Part shown: one piece after another, positions 23,998 to 24,934 of the stretch | Layout: every line of letters begins with the position of its first letter | Numbering within the stretch: the stretch's first letter is position 1 | DNA from: Anaerolineae bacterium | GTDB taxonomy: Bacteria; Chloroflexota; Anaerolineae; Aggregatilineales; Phototrophicaceae | Direction of reading: 5' to 3' | DNA: 24,934 nucleotides | Assembly (NCBI GenBank): GCA_014379235.1 | Contig: JACMMD010000833.1 | Location: 1 to 24,934 of the forward strand | Notes under the pieces: generated by a model | Seen by the model: the letters and a program-made list of their open reading frames with translations, nothing else | Told to the model about the DNA's origin: nothing | The model's database searches: none | Position numbers and translations under genes: made by a program

Positions 23998-24934
23998 CTA
24001 GCTTGCTAGGACAATGAGCGGAGTCTCAATCTTTTGCGCTGCTGGCAGCCGCCCGCGCATACTCCACGGCCCTGTCCACGTAATCTCGACATGGGCGATT
24101 TTGCCGCGCCAGTCCGCCGCATCCTCAAAGAACACCAGCTTATTCTGCGGTGTACGTCCGCGCCACTTGCCTTTGTGATCTTCCTCAACCAGCACCGGAA
24201 TCGTCTGGCCCAAGAAGCGTGTATTAATCTCCGCGAGAACCCGCGCCTGCATATCGTCAATGGCTTCGTGGCGATATCGCTTTACTTCGTCTGGCACATC
24301 GTCGGGCATGGTGCGCGCACTCACCGTTTGCGGACGCGGGCTGTAACGGGCGAGATGCACCTTATCCAGCTTGAGTTCTTCCAGCAAATCATAGGTGCGC
24401 TGGTACTGTTCTTCGGTTTCGCCGGGGAAACCTACGATGATGTCGGTGTGGATGGCTACGTCAGGGATGCGTGAACGAATGTTAGCGATCAAGCGGCGGT
24501 ATTGGTCAACTGTGTAGCCGCGCTTCATGCGCCGCAGGACTTCATCGTCGCCAGCCTGAACGGGTACTTCGATATGCGGCATCACTCGCGGCAGTTCCGC
24601 AACGGTATCCAGCAGTTTATCGGTCATCCAATTGGGATGGCTGGTCAAGAAGCGGATGCGCTCCAAGCCTGTGCCATCCGTCGCGTCGTGGAGAATCCGC
24701 AGCAGGTCGGACAAATCCGGCCCGTCGTCAACGTCTTTGCCGTAGCGGTCAACGATCTGACCGAGCAGCGTGACCTCTCTAACGCCCTGCGCGACAAGGC
24801 TGCGAACGTGCGCGACAATCTCGCCCACGCTGCGGCTGCGCTCGATACCGCGCCGGAACGGGATAATACAAAAGCTGCAAGCATGGGAGCAGCCGTACAC
24901 AATTGGCACATGCGCGCTAATAAGGCTGTTTTGT
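23998..24934 (-). CDS. miaB: tRNA-2-methylthio-N6-isopentenyladenosine synthase MiaB; 5' part lies outside the window
   Basis: Radical-SAM GCSHACSFCIIP, ERSRS, RFLTSHP, TDIIVGFPGET, YSPRPQT and a C-terminal TRAM (GRTPQNKLV). The frame stays open to the window edge. Confidence 0.93.
   Translation of the reverse strand, partial: QNSLISAHVPIVYGCSHACSFCIIPFRRGIERSRSVGEIVAHVRSLVAQGVREVTLLGQIVDRYGKDVDDGPDLSDLLRILHDATDGTGLERIRFLTSHPNWMTDKLLDTVAELPRVMPHIEVPVQAGDDEVLRRMKRGYTVDQYRRLIANIRSRIPDVAIHTDIIVGFPGETEEQYQRTYDLLEELKLDKVHLARYSPRPQTVSARTMPDDVPDEVKRYRHEAIDDMQARVLAEINTRFLGQTIPVLVEEDHKGKWRGRTPQNKLVFFEDAADWRGKIAHVEITWTGPWSMRGRLPAAQKIETPLIVLAS

Noticed and set aside
23997-24010. Palindrome CCTAGC-TT-GCTAGG at the miaB stop
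   Set aside because: The 2-nt loop is too tight for a stem-loop and it lies within coding sequence; likely chance.

Overview
Gene-dense, mostly minus-strand bacterial chromosomal window. GC is roughly 55-60% by eye. The gene repertoire suggests Chloroflexota/Anaerolineae; this is an inference, not a search result. Housekeeping genes are tRNA-Glu(TTC), lepB, der, cdaA-cdaR, argF, polA and a 5'-truncated miaB. Between them lies an unusually dense set of signalling genes. (1) At 974-5039 a four-gene run encodes a membrane histidine kinase whose phospho-acceptor His is replaced by Leu but whose ATPase boxes are intact, a DivK-like single receiver, a receiver-adenylate cyclase, and a soluble pseudo-receiver/kinase that keeps its His but has lost the G1/F/G2 ATP-lid motifs. 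The two kinases are defective in complementary ways. (2) A second REC-GAF-adenylate cyclase and a diadenylate cyclase lie nearby. (3) An 874-aa protein fuses an atypical receiver, a long acidic/Pro-rich disordered region, a Roadblock/LC7-like domain and a C-terminal IS200-type (Y1/HUH) transposase fold whose catalytic residues are substituted (HUH to YVY, Tyr to Phe), i.e. a candidate domesticated transposase domain. No active mobile element, prophage or CRISPR array was seen. All family assignments come from recognising motifs by eye; no searches were run.
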